64,000 nucleotides of DNA from Nitrospirota bacterium. GTDB taxonomy: Bacteria; Nitrospirota; UBA9217. The notes beneath the pieces were generated by a model. That model did no database searches and was not told the origin of the DNA. It saw nothing but the letters and a program-made list of their open reading frames with translations. Positions 9,400 to 18,870 of the stretch are shown here, piece by piece. The position numbers were made by a program, and so were the translations under genes. The stretch covers positions 2,496,001 to 2,560,000 of the forward strand of contig CAVTRN010000002.1 of the NCBI GenBank assembly GCA_963737155.1, in the 5' to 3' direction. Positions within the stretch are counted from its first letter, which is position 1. Every line of letters begins with the position of its first letter.

Positions 9400-9585
9400 T
9401 CATCCCTGTTCGATTGAAATGGCATAGTATGGACAGACAGTGAGTATCCCCTTGAACTTTTCAGCGTCAAACATTTCGGCATTGATGATCCATGCCTTTT
9501 CATCGCGCATCTCGAAAAACATAGGAAACGCTTCGGCGCATCCTCCGCATCCCTGACACAAGCCATAATCGATATTCGGAACCAT
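9400..9585 (-). CDS. Small single-cluster ferredoxin
   Basis: CQGCGGC...CP; ATG 9585 after GAGGT. Confidence 0.8.
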   Translation of the reverse strand: MVPNIDYGLCQGCGGCAEAFPMFFEMRDEKAWIINAEMFDAEKFKGILTVCPYYAISIEQG

Positions 9586-9699
9586 CCCGTACCTCGTTTT
9601 TTTCACAAATTTGAACGTCAACGAGAGGATAATACCACGAAGGTCGAAGATTTGGAAAGATAATAAACTGTATTGCAATGGGTCCGTTGGAGAAAATTG

Positions 9700-9729
9700 C
9701 TTCCGTCATCGCATCATCGATGACGGAAG
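9700..9729 (-). terminator. Hairpin downstream of the CBS gene
   Basis: 12-bp perfect stem CTTCCGTCATCG/CGATGACGGAAG, 6-nt loop; CAATTTT follows on the minus strand. Confidence 0.55.
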
Positions 9730-9780
9730 ACTAAGCGATTGCGGAGAAAACTGCGAGCCGGAGCTTTTCGCATCCTAATG

Positions 9781-10248
9781 CTACGTAGTGACTGCCTCGC
9801 GAGTATATTCGTTTCCGGCGATATAATTCTCAAGGTCATTTATCGCCGCTGACTGCTCTGAGATGACCGCATTGACCACATCGCCGATGCTCACAACTCC
9901 CATGAGCACTCCGTCATTGATGACTGGCAGATGGCGGATATGATTTTCAGTCATAAGAATCATGCAATCCCGTAATGACGTCTGGGAACCAATGGTTATC
10001 GGTGGGCTGCTCATTAGCTCCCGGACTTTCGTATTCTTCGATGATTTCCCTTTTAGGATCACTTTACGCGCATAATCCCGTTCCGAGAAAACCCCCGCGA
10101 GTTTGCCACCCTCTACGACGAGCAAAGCGCCAACGTTTTTTTCTGCCATAATCTCGAGGGCATCATACGCTGTTGCTTCCGGACCAACTGCATGAAAACC
10201 ATGCCCTTTTGCCTTAAGCACCTGAACAACGGTAATGGATGCGTACAT
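9781..10248 (-). CDS. Stand-alone CBS-pair domain protein
   Basis: GVFSERDYARKV, IRHLPV, GVVSIGDVV; RBS AAAGGAGG. Confidence 0.9.
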   Translation of the reverse strand: MYASITVVQVLKAKGHGFHAVGPEATAYDALEIMAEKNVGALLVVEGGKLAGVFSERDYARKVILKGKSSKNTKVRELMSSPPITIGSQTSLRDCMILMTENHIRHLPVINDGVLMGVVSIGDVVNAVISEQSAAINDLENYIAGNEYTREAVTT

Positions 10249-10261
10249 AAAATTGCCTCCT

Positions 10262-10432
10262 TTCGTAAAGTAATAAAGCCGAGCGACCTGAAGACCTTAA
10301 TCCTCGGAACCTCGGCTCTTCCCCCCCAGGGAGCCTACCCCTGACATCGCCTCTTTCTGCACGGAGTTCGGCTTCTTTCGATTCTAGTAGTATATTAACT
10401 AATCTATAACATTCGGTTTAGCTGCTGTCAAA
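10262..10432 (-). promoter_or_regulatory. Promoter plus structured 5' leader with terminator/antiterminator-like alternative pairing
   Basis: TTGACA-17-TATAGA near 10403-10431; hairpin AGCCGAG...CTCGGCT + TTATT before the RBS; upstream AAGCCGA can pair with the same 3' arm. Confidence 0.45.
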
Positions 10433-10970
10433 TTCTATTTCTGAAAGCAGATGATCTAAAGCTGTTTTTTGAACCTTCCTGTGATTTGTCCAATGCCAAT
10501 GCAATCATTTTATGTCAACGAAACATGGAAACGAGAAATTTAAATCGCTGACAAGTCAAAACGGGTAGCCGGGGAATAATGTCTTACAACACCATTGTTG
10601 ACCTTATCATGAGATCGTAGTTACCAAAACGCACCTGGGTTAAAAACAATTGAAATAGTATATTTTATTGAGGAATAGGAACATAAGTGCGTGGAAAGCA
10701 CAGAAAAAGAAGGTTTTAAGGGAGTTAGCTGCAACTAATTCTCTACATCGCTCCTGGAGCAAATAAGTATTCCTATAGTAATGTATGCTTGTTACAGACC
10801 GCGGTCAACCGGCTTGCCCGGATAAATACCAAACCCGCGATGTCAGTTCATATAAGTAACAAAAATCGCTGCCCTATTTGCGAACAAAATCAGCGACTTT
10901 CAGCAGCAACAGAATCTGATTCAGAAAACCTCGGCCGTCAGGCTTGGGAGTATGTCAACACACGGGTGAC

Positions 10971-11753
10971 TCATCCCTCGAAACCCATGCCGTAACCACG
11001 GTTATGATCCATACCGCTGAACACGATCTTGCCGACATATTCTTTCAACTCATCCGATGCCCTAAGGGCTGCCTGGATTACCGATGGATCGTAAACCGAA
11101 CCCGCTACCGTGATGATTTCCTCCATTGCTTCTTCGAAAGGCAGCGCCTTACGATAGGGGCGGGTGACCGTAAGGGCATCGAGGGCGTCTGCAATGGCAA
11201 AAACTCTGGCTCCATGTGGAATTGCATCTCCCTTCAGACCACGCGGATAGCCTGATCCGTCGAAGTGTTCGTGATGGCTTCTAATGATTTCAGCAGCCCG
11301 TGAAAAGTAGCCGATGTGCCCGATGATCCGGTAGCCGATATCAGGATGCTTGCGCATTACCGCCTGTTCTTCGAAGTTCAGGGGACCAGACTTGTGCAGC
11401 ACGGCGTCGGGGACACCTATCTTTCCGATGTCATGGAGCAGAGCGCCGCAATACAGGTCAACGATGTCGCGTCCTCTCACGCCGTAGGCATTTGCGATGA
11501 TGAGCGAGAATTCGGTAACACGCAAGGAGTGGTTCCCTACTTCGTGCTCACGGGCATCAATGGCATTCACAAATGCCTCAAGAGTCACCAGATAAGCCAT
11601 ATCAATATGGTGAACGACTCCCTCCAGGTATGTGTCGTTGAAATAGCAGTTCCCGCAGCGGAAGGTCCCGTCCGGCCTCATGAAGTACTGGTTTTCGGCA
11701 ATCGTATTGCCGCAATTCGGGCACGTATGGATATTCGACTGTTCATCGGTCAT
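10971..11753 (-). CDS. HD-GYP phosphodiesterase with an N-terminal Zn-ribbon
   Basis: LLHDIGKIG, HHEHFDGSGYP; N-terminal CPNC...CGNC. Confidence 0.88.
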   Translation of the reverse strand: MTDEQSNIHTCPNCGNTIAENQYFMRPDGTFRCGNCYFNDTYLEGVVHHIDMAYLVTLEAFVNAIDAREHEVGNHSLRVTEFSLIIANAYGVRGRDIVDLYCGALLHDIGKIGVPDAVLHKSGPLNFEEQAVMRKHPDIGYRIIGHIGYFSRAAEIIRSHHEHFDGSGYPRGLKGDAIPHGARVFAIADALDALTVTRPYRKALPFEEAMEEIITVAGSVYDPSVIQAALRASDELKEYVGKIVFSGMDHNRGYGMGFEG

Positions 11754-11973
11754 AATTTGAAGGTATCAGCACGCATGCTCGTTGTTAATGGTAATATATT
11801 CACGTGAGGTTAACACTCTTGAGTAATGTTCAGAGTTTAAAACATCAAAGCCACTGATCCATGATGGTAAAAACAGGTGTCGGCTTAAGAATCTTCCTTA
11901 TCCTTACTCGATTGCCATCAGGCCGAGTAATTAAATTTCGTATGCCATCCGAACTGGACGGTTAGGTGGGCGT

Positions 11974-12753
11974 TCAGGAAGTGCAGACTGTTCCTGGAAC
12001 GAATCCATTTCCGGAGAAAAGGTCTTTGGCCAGCTTCTGAAAATAGGGACATTTCTCTTCCCTGCAGCCATGAGAAGGTTTTTCGCTGTGTTTGCAGACG
12101 ATCGCGTAGTCCTTGACCGGTAGCAGAATTCCGAAACGCTCACCAAAGAAGGCAACCGCTTCGCGCAACCCGGCCCGCACGTATGCCTTGCAGCAGCTCG
12201 GTCCGGTAAGGGCTGACAAGGCCTGCATGACTCTGATTACACCCTCCATGACAATCTTTTGTTCTCTGTCAGATCCGCATCGTGCGCCGAGATAGACAGA
12301 GAAGCAAGCTCCCAGGGCTGGCGCGATGCCGCAGACGCCGGTGAGGCCGCAGTATCCTCCCACAGCCTGTTTTGTGGTCCGATCGAACACTTCCCTGACC
12401 GCAGCGTTTGAGATATGCCCGTCTCCATATGGTGAATTCTTGAGGGCCGCGATGAGAGCTCCGGCGGCGATGAAGGCATGTTCGCACCCAAGCATGGGGA
12501 GGCCCGGATGGCTGATCATCAATTCAGCCATGGCAAGCGGGTCGTTTTCCCGGCTGATGCAGACAATCTGTTCAATCATGTTCCGTGCCTCTAACCCATG
12601 GCAGGCGTCGCAAACAAAATGCCCTGCGGTACAGACGACATGCCCCTGCTGAGCTTTGTTACAATAGATGCATATACGGCCCTCCGCCCGATTCAGGTAT
12701 TCAAGGGCCGAACCACAGACCATGCATTTCTCGGTATGCTTGTAGACCGGCAT
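11974..12753 (-). CDS. Cys-rich DUF5714-like protein; ends C-T-S-TGA
   Basis: CMVC, CIYC, C..GHFVCDACH, GCEH, GGYCG..GVCG, GPSCCK, GCREEKCPYF; family assigned from memory. Confidence 0.7.
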   Translation of the reverse strand: MPVYKHTEKCMVCGSALEYLNRAEGRICIYCNKAQQGHVVCTAGHFVCDACHGLEARNMIEQIVCISRENDPLAMAELMISHPGLPMLGCEHAFIAAGALIAALKNSPYGDGHISNAAVREVFDRTTKQAVGGYCGLTGVCGIAPALGACFSVYLGARCGSDREQKIVMEGVIRVMQALSALTGPSCCKAYVRAGLREAVAFFGERFGILLPVKDYAIVCKHSEKPSHGCREEKCPYFQKLAKDLFSGNGFVPGTVCTS

Positions 12754-12922
12754 GGCAATTTTATACCACTTCTCGTGGCTATTTGCAATTTCGGCACTTT
12801 TTTGTTTCCCGGCTCCCTTGACTTTGCATGTCCGTTTACGCTATTCTTGCTATTAATAAGTGTTAAGCATTCTGACTCGCCATTTTCATTCCAAAACACA
12901 AAAGGAAAGGCTGATTTTAGCA

Positions 12923-13708
12923 ATGCGCAGACTATACTTTCTTCTGCCTCTGTTTTTACTGTTGCCACATTTAGGCCTGTGCCATGAATCAGAGGTAACA
13001 CGGGCGGATATTGGGATTGATGAAAAACTCGGGCAATACATTCCGGCAGACCTAGTCTTTGTTGATGAAAACGGCAAAAGCATTAATCTCATAAACATGA
13101 TTGACAAGCCGACGATCATTGCTCCCGTTTATTTCAGCTGCACACATGAATGCCCCATGCTTCTGAATGGCCTCGCCGACGTTCTCGGCAAGATGGAACT
13201 TGTCAGACCCGGCAGGGATTTTCAAGTGATAGCCCTTAGTTTCGACGATCAAGATACACCGGCCGTCGCGCACGGCAAAAAAAAGAATTATATAAAGGCC
13301 ATTGGCCACCCGTTCCCCGAAAACGCATGGAATTTTCTGACAGGGACCGAATCCAACATAAAAAAGTTCACTGATTCCATCGGCTTTAAGTTTCAGATGG
13401 ACAGCGCTCACGATTTTTCTCATCCTGTCACTCTCGTCGTCATTGCGCCAGGCGGAAAAATCGTACGATATATAGAAGGCGTCAATTTTCTTCCCTTTGA
13501 AGTGACCATGGCATTGAACGAAGCGGCATCGGGTCAGGTGGGCTTAACTACCCGCAAAGTTCTTCTCTATTGCTTCAGCTATGATCCACTAAAAAAAACT
13601 TACGTGTTCAATATATTAAAAGTCACCGGAATCGTAATGATCCTATTCGTCGGATCATTTTTCATATATCTTATGACCTCGGCAAAAAAAGACGAAAAGT
13701 TTAATTAG
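12923..13708 (+). CDS. SCO/SenC family copper chaperone
   Basis: Signal peptide, CTHEC motif, FSHP His, C-terminal TM; heads the cox operon. Confidence 0.88.
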   Translation: MRRLYFLLPLFLLLPHLGLCHESEVTRADIGIDEKLGQYIPADLVFVDENGKSINLINMIDKPTIIAPVYFSCTHECPMLLNGLADVLGKMELVRPGRDFQVIALSFDDQDTPAVAHGKKKNYIKAIGHPFPENAWNFLTGTESNIKKFTDSIGFKFQMDSAHDFSHPVTLVVIAPGGKIVRYIEGVNFLPFEVTMALNEAASGQVGLTTRKVLLYCFSYDPLKKTYVFNILKVTGIVMILFVGSFFIYLMTSAKKDEKFN

Positions 13709-13800
13709 TTTTTTTAAAACGCGTTCAGGCCCGATAAAAGCTCGTAGCGCAATACTATAAAACACGAAACTTGAAACCAGTTTTTGGGAGAAAAGCAAGC

Positions 13801-15387
13801 ATGGGAGTAAGCTTTTACCACGCGAAAACGAAATATCCCGGCATCTTCGGCTGGCTATTCACAACCGACCACAAGCGGATCGGCCTCCTGTACCTCATCT
13901 CAACGCTGTCCTTCTTTGTTGTTGGGGTGTGCCTGGGTCTCACCATGCGGCTCGAACTCATCCGGTCGGGCATGCACATCATCTCCGCGCAGGCTTATAA
14001 CGCCATTTTCACCATCCACGGAGTGGTCATGGTCTTCCTTTTTATTATCCCGGGAATTCCCGCTTCGCTCGGCAACTTCATCATGCCCCTCCAGATCGGC
14101 GCGCGCGACGTGGCCTTCCCGAAGATCAACATCCTTTCATGGTGGCTGTTCATCACTGGCGGAGCGGTGGTCGTCACGTCCCTCTTTACGGGCGGCGGAG
14201 CGGTGGACACGGGCTGGACCTTCTATATCCCCTACAGTATCCGGACCGGGACGAATGTATCACTTGCGGTTTTCGGCGTGTTCCTGATCGGCCTTTCGTC
14301 CACGCTCACGGGGATGAATTTCCTCACAACTATCTTCCGGCTCAGAGCCCCCGGGATGACCTGGAAACGGATGACGCTATTCACCTGGGCCATTTACGCA
14401 ACATCCTGGATCCAACTGCTGGCCACGCCAGTCTTGGCCATCACGCTCGTGCTTATCATCATAGAACGGTTCTTCGGTGTGGGCTTCTTTGATCCGGCCA
14501 AGGGCGGCGACCCCATTCTCTTCGAGCACATGTTCTGGATCTACTCGCACCCGGCCGTCTACATCATGATCGTGCCCGCCATGGGCGCGGTCACCGATAT
14601 CATCCCCGTGTTCACCCGGAAGAACATTTTTGGGTACACGGCCATCGCCGCATCGAGCCTGGCCATTGCTTTCGTAGGCTACCTCGTCTGGGGACATCAT
14701 ATGTTCACGAGCGGCATGAGCGACACAGCCCGAATCATATTCTCATTCCTTACCTTCCTCGTCGCCGTTCCCAGCGGTGTCAAGGTCTACAGCTGGATCG
14801 CAAGCTTATATAAGGGCTCGATTACCCTCGGCGCTCCGTTGCTCTATACGCTCAGTTTCATATTCCTGTTCTCGATCGGCGGACTAACCGGCCTCATACA
14901 AGGCGCACTGGATACAAATCTCCATGTCCACGGCACCTACTTCATCGTAGCCCACTTCCATTACGTCATTTTCGGTGGAGCAGTCATGGGTTTCTTCGCT
15001 GGCCTCCATTACTGGTATCCCAAGATGTTTGGAAGGATGTATGAAGAGCATCTTGCAAAACTCGCGTGGGTCTTTCTTTTTATCGGTTTCAACATGCTAT
15101 ACTTCTCCATGTTCATTCTTGGTTGGGAAGGCATGCCGCGGCGCTACTACGATTATCTTCCCCGGTTTAATGGACCGAACCTGGTCTCGACTATTGGTTC
15201 CTGGGTCCTCGCCATGGGACTGATCATCATGTTCTATAATCTGATTCATTCGCTTTTCGCGGGCGCAAAAGCGGGGGACAACCCTTGGGGCGCGGCATCG
15301 CTCGAATGGCAAACCTCTTCCCCACCGCCATCAGATAATTTCGAGGATATCCCAGTGGTCACGAAGGGACCGTATGATTTTCAATAA
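13801..15387 (+). CDS. ctaD: Heme-copper oxidase subunit I, type A2
   Basis: TTDHKRIG, HGVVM, GWTFY, WIYSHPAVY (YS motif of A2), WGHHM, VAHFHY, MPRRY. Confidence 0.95.
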   Translation: MGVSFYHAKTKYPGIFGWLFTTDHKRIGLLYLISTLSFFVVGVCLGLTMRLELIRSGMHIISAQAYNAIFTIHGVVMVFLFIIPGIPASLGNFIMPLQIGARDVAFPKINILSWWLFITGGAVVVTSLFTGGGAVDTGWTFYIPYSIRTGTNVSLAVFGVFLIGLSSTLTGMNFLTTIFRLRAPGMTWKRMTLFTWAIYATSWIQLLATPVLAITLVLIIIERFFGVGFFDPAKGGDPILFEHMFWIYSHPAVYIMIVPAMGAVTDIIPVFTRKNIFGYTAIAASSLAIAFVGYLVWGHHMFTSGMSDTARIIFSFLTFLVAVPSGVKVYSWIASLYKGSITLGAPLLYTLSFIFLFSIGGLTGLIQGALDTNLHVHGTYFIVAHFHYVIFGGAVMGFFAGLHYWYPKMFGRMYEEHLAKLAWVFLFIGFNMLYFSMFILGWEGMPRRYYDYLPRFNGPNLVSTIGSWVLAMGLIIMFYNLIHSLFAGAKAGDNPWGAASLEWQTSSPPPSDNFEDIPVVTKGPYDFQ

Positions 15388-15464
15388 CACTTAAGAGTTG
15401 AATGTTCCTCGTGCCTTGGAAGGCATGACGCAAATTTCACCATCAACAAGGATATTTTTTTGTT

Positions 15465-16076
15465 ATGAACGAAACCACTCATATAGAACATCGCGATTAT
15501 GTTGGTGCAAAGCTTGGTATGTGGCTTTTTTTGTTCACCGAAATCCTGCTTTTCGGCGGCATGTTCCTCGTCTATTCGGCCTACCGTGAGGTCAACACAG
15601 CCGATTTCCATGAAGCGGGGAAGGAAATGATCGTGACCATCGGAGCCGTGAATACTCTCATCCTGCTGACCAGCAGCCTGACCATGGCACTTTCAATTTC
15701 AGCCATCAAGCGTGCTGCAAAAATGCGCTCTATCCTTTTTCAGGCCGTTACCATCATCCTTGGGATCGCGTTTCTCGTAAATAAATATTTCGAATGGTCT
15801 GATCATATCCGGCACGGTTTCTACCCTGACTCGCCTAAACTTCTGGCCATGAGCCACGGAAAGATTCTTTTCTTCGGCTTGTATTACGTCATGACGGGCA
15901 TTCACGCCCTGCATGTCCTGATCGGGATAAGCATCATAGGCGTTATCTTGATTATGACGCTTCGCGACAGCGTGTCAGGAACGGATTATGTTAAACTGGA
16001 GAACGCGGGACTTTTCTGGCACCTCGTCGATGTTATCTGGATTTATTTGTTCCCGCTGTTCTACTTGATATTGTAA
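15465..16076 (+). CDS. ctaE: Cytochrome c oxidase subunit III
   Basis: GMWLFLFTE, NTLILLTSS, TGIHALHV, FWHLVDVIW. Confidence 0.92.
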   Translation: MNETTHIEHRDYVGAKLGMWLFLFTEILLFGGMFLVYSAYREVNTADFHEAGKEMIVTIGAVNTLILLTSSLTMALSISAIKRAAKMRSILFQAVTIILGIAFLVNKYFEWSDHIRHGFYPDSPKLLAMSHGKILFFGLYYVMTGIHALHVLIGISIIGVILIMTLRDSVSGTDYVKLENAGLFWHLVDVIWIYLFPLFYLIL

Positions 16077-16084
16077 TTTATTAT

Positions 16085-16157
16085 GTAGCCGCGGATTTGG
16101 CCCGCACGGATTTTAAAGTTGCCGTCATGGAGAAATCGTGGGCTGAAGCCTGCCTAC
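16085..16157. repeat. REP doublet (REPIN-like) between coxIII and coxIV
   Basis: GTAG+CCGCGGATTTGGCCCGCAC facing GTGGGCTGAAGCCTGC+CTAC: inverted imperfect palindromes with GTAG feet. Confidence 0.5.
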
Positions 16158-16167
16158 GGAAAAAATC

Positions 16168-16458
16168 ATGGAACAAAAACAGGAAGAACGGACTCACGTG
16201 CCGACCCAAGTATTTGTAATCGTCTGGATCGTCTTGATTTGCTTAACAGGATTGACGATCAAGGCGGCGCAAATGAAAATGGGTGAATGGAGCATGGTGG
16301 CCAATATCGTCATCGCTTCAACCAAGGCAAGCCTGGTGCTCTGGTTTTTCATGCACCTCAAGTATGAAAAAAGAGTATTTAAACTGTTGATCTTTGTCCC
16401 GTTTATTACAGTCTCGATCATCATCGTGTTGACATTCTTCGATATCTGGTACCGATAA
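16168..16458 (+). CDS. ctaF: Cytochrome c oxidase subunit IV
   Basis: KASLVLWFFMHLKYE motif; three TM helices. Confidence 0.88.
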   Translation: MEQKQEERTHVPTQVFVIVWIVLICLTGLTIKAAQMKMGEWSMVANIVIASTKASLVLWFFMHLKYEKRVFKLLIFVPFITVSIIIVLTFFDIWYR

Positions 16459-16522
16459 TCATGTCATTCTGGATATATAATGGTCTTCCGAACTTTGAAC
16501 TCTGAACTTCTATAGGTGGATT

Positions 16523-17497
16523 ATGGTAACCGGCTGGCCACATATGTCGAACCCCGCAGACAACACTTTTTTCTTTATTCTCGGCATATCTGTCGTTCTG
16601 CTGGCCCTGAACACCGGGGTCATGATCTATTTCGTTTTCCGCTACAGCAGGAAGCGGCACCCCCAGGCCGAGGAGGTGAAGGAGAACATTCCACTCGAGA
16701 TCATCTGGACCATCATTCCCACAATCCTCGTGCTCGTGATCTTCTTTGTCGGCTGGAAAGGTTTCCTGTATATGCGGACAGCCCCGCCTGACGCCATGGT
16801 GGTGAATGTCGTTGCCCGGCAGTGGTCATGGACCTTCAATTATGCGAACGGCAAGGAAAGCAATGTACTCAATGTTCCGGTGCGAAAACCCATTAAGCTC
16901 CTGATCACCTCAGCTGATGTTCTGCACAGTCTCTACATCCCCGCGTATCGAATCAAGGAGGATGCTGTGCCCGGCAGGGTAACACACCTCTGGTTTCTTC
17001 CTGATGAACTGGGGTCCTATGACCTATTCTGCACTGAATACTGCGGATTGGGACACTCCGCCATGATCACCAAAGTGGACGTCATGACCGAGCAGGATTT
17101 CGATGCATGGTACAAAGGGGAGGAAGTAAGCGGTTCTACATCGACCGCGGGAAAAACGCCCGGCCAACCGCAGGCAACAGCAAATAAGGTTGAAGGAAAA
17201 CCAGCGCCCGAGGGTGCGCAACTCATTCAAGTCAAGGGCTGCGTTGCCTGCCATACGACTGACGGCACACCGAAGATAGGGCCTACGTTCAAGGGGGTTT
17301 TCGGAAAAAAGGAAACGGTAATACGGGATGGTAAGGAACGGGACATAACGGTTGATGAAGCATTCATCAAGCAGACGCTTCTGCACCCGGAAATAGACCG
17401 GGTCAAGGGATTCCCGCCGATCATGCCCTCCCAGCAGGGGCAACTAACGGACAAAGAAATAGAATCGATAATTGAGTATATAAAAAGCCTGCAATAG
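16523..17497 (+). CDS. ctaC: Cytochrome c oxidase subunit II with fused cytochrome c
   Basis: LEIIWT, DVLHS, CuA motif CTEYCGLGHSAM, one heme motif CVACH. Confidence 0.93.
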   Translation: MVTGWPHMSNPADNTFFFILGISVVLLALNTGVMIYFVFRYSRKRHPQAEEVKENIPLEIIWTIIPTILVLVIFFVGWKGFLYMRTAPPDAMVVNVVARQWSWTFNYANGKESNVLNVPVRKPIKLLITSADVLHSLYIPAYRIKEDAVPGRVTHLWFLPDELGSYDLFCTEYCGLGHSAMITKVDVMTEQDFDAWYKGEEVSGSTSTAGKTPGQPQATANKVEGKPAPEGAQLIQVKGCVACHTTDGTPKIGPTFKGVFGKKETVIRDGKERDITVDEAFIKQTLLHPEIDRVKGFPPIMPSQQGQLTDKEIESIIEYIKSLQ

Positions 17498-17566
17498 TAC
17501 ATCAATCGGTTCGCGAAACCGAGATCTTCGTGTCATCATGCGCAAAGATAACGTGAAATTATCAGC

Positions 17567-18436
17567 ATGTTAATCTGGAAGCCCTATATCACTCTCAGCA
17601 GGATACCCATTTCCCTGTTCGCCGCCTGTTCCACGCTGACGGGTTTTTTTCTTTTTTCGTATCACAGGGTAATCGATGCGCTTTGCGCTGCCACAGCGAT
17701 CTATTTCCTATCATGCGGCGCATCTGCCCTCAACCAAATCCAGGAACGATTCATCGATGCAAAAATGAAAAGAACGCATCAGAGGCCGCTACCGTCCGGC
17801 ATTATCCACCCCTTACAGGCACTTTTCTTTTCTCTTTCGCTGATGTTAGCCGGTTTGTTGATGCTGTGGTCGGGAAGAAGCAAAATATCCATCGTCATGG
17901 GGCTCGCAGCTATTTTGTGGTATAACGGCGTCTATACCTATCTCAAAAGGGTAACGGCATTCGCATCAATACCGGGCGCCGCTGTCGGAATGATCCCCCC
18001 TGCGATCGGCTGGGTCTCCGCGGGCGGTTCCCTCCTGGATGCCCGCCTTGCAGCGGTCTGCTTCATTTTGTTCATGTGGCAAGTCCCCCACTTCTGGCTT
18101 CTCGTCCTGGATCATGGAGAAGAATATGAACTTGCCGGCCTCCCATCGCTCACGTCAGCGTTGGGCAAACCGCAAATCGCTCGGCTCACATTTGCCTGGA
18201 TCGCTGCGGCGGCAATTGCAAGTTCCATCCTCCCTTTATACGGTACGGTGAGATCGTCCATTGTCTCTTTTTCTTTCTACCCGTTAGCAGCCTGGCTAAT
18301 TTGGAATGAGCGATCTTTAATAGGGACACATCCCTTACTTCCTCTTTCCCCGGTCCTCTTCAGAAACATAAATCTCTACCTGTTCTTCATCATGTCACTC
18401 CTATCAGCCGATAATGTTCTTTTCAGCCTATCATGA
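17567..18436 (+). CDS. ctaB: Protoheme IX farnesyltransferase (heme O synthase)
   Basis: NQIQE..IDAKMKRT.QRPLPSG, YT.LKR, WQVPHFW. Confidence 0.88.
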   Translation: MLIWKPYITLSRIPISLFAACSTLTGFFLFSYHRVIDALCAATAIYFLSCGASALNQIQERFIDAKMKRTHQRPLPSGIIHPLQALFFSLSLMLAGLLMLWSGRSKISIVMGLAAILWYNGVYTYLKRVTAFASIPGAAVGMIPPAIGWVSAGGSLLDARLAAVCFILFMWQVPHFWLLVLDHGEEYELAGLPSLTSALGKPQIARLTFAWIAAAAIASSILPLYGTVRSSIVSFSFYPLAAWLIWNERSLIGTHPLLPLSPVLFRNINLYLFFIMSLLSADNVLFSLS

Positions 18437-18870
18437 CAGACACGCGTAACGATGTTGCATTAAAACTTAAGCAGCTTCTTATCGATTCATCGCTGCTCAT
18501 CGAGGAATATACAGCCGCAATCTGTCCAGATTGTACGAACGTGTGTTGCAAGCAAAAACACGGATTGTATCACGGGCGTGATATCGAATATCTGTATAAG
18601 CTCAACATAAAGGTGCCGCAGCGGGACGAGGCACGATCGCCCGACGGGCCCTGTGAGCTCATGGGTTCGCAGGGCTGTACTCAGCCCCGTTGGATGAGGC
18701 CGTTCAAGTGCACGTGGTATTTTTGCGATTCTCTTCTTGCAGCGCTTGACAACGGGCCGCAAAAAAAAGCGAGGAAGCTCACTAGGATGATGCAGGATAT
18801 GATAACCCTCCGCAATACAGTCGGATACTCGTGTGGGGGCGCTAGCACCATCGCGATGTTTCCATACTGA
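18433..18870 (+). CDS. Cys-rich hypothetical protein (CxxCxxxCC, YkgJ-like)
   Basis: CPDCTNVCC...PC......GC......RPFKCTWYFC; ATGA overlap with ctaB. Confidence 0.65.
   Translation: MTDTRNDVALKLKQLLIDSSLLIEEYTAAICPDCTNVCCKQKHGLYHGRDIEYLYKLNIKVPQRDEARSPDGPCELMGSQGCTQPRWMRPFKCTWYFCDSLLAALDNGPQKKARKLTRMMQDMITLRNTVGYSCGGASTIAMFPY

Noticed and set aside
10520-10580. GGTAGCCGGG resembling the 3' end of a c-di-GMP-I riboswitch near the HD-GYP gene
   Set aside because: The GGCAAACC/GAAA/GACGCAAAGC core is absent, and the site is not in the gene's leader.
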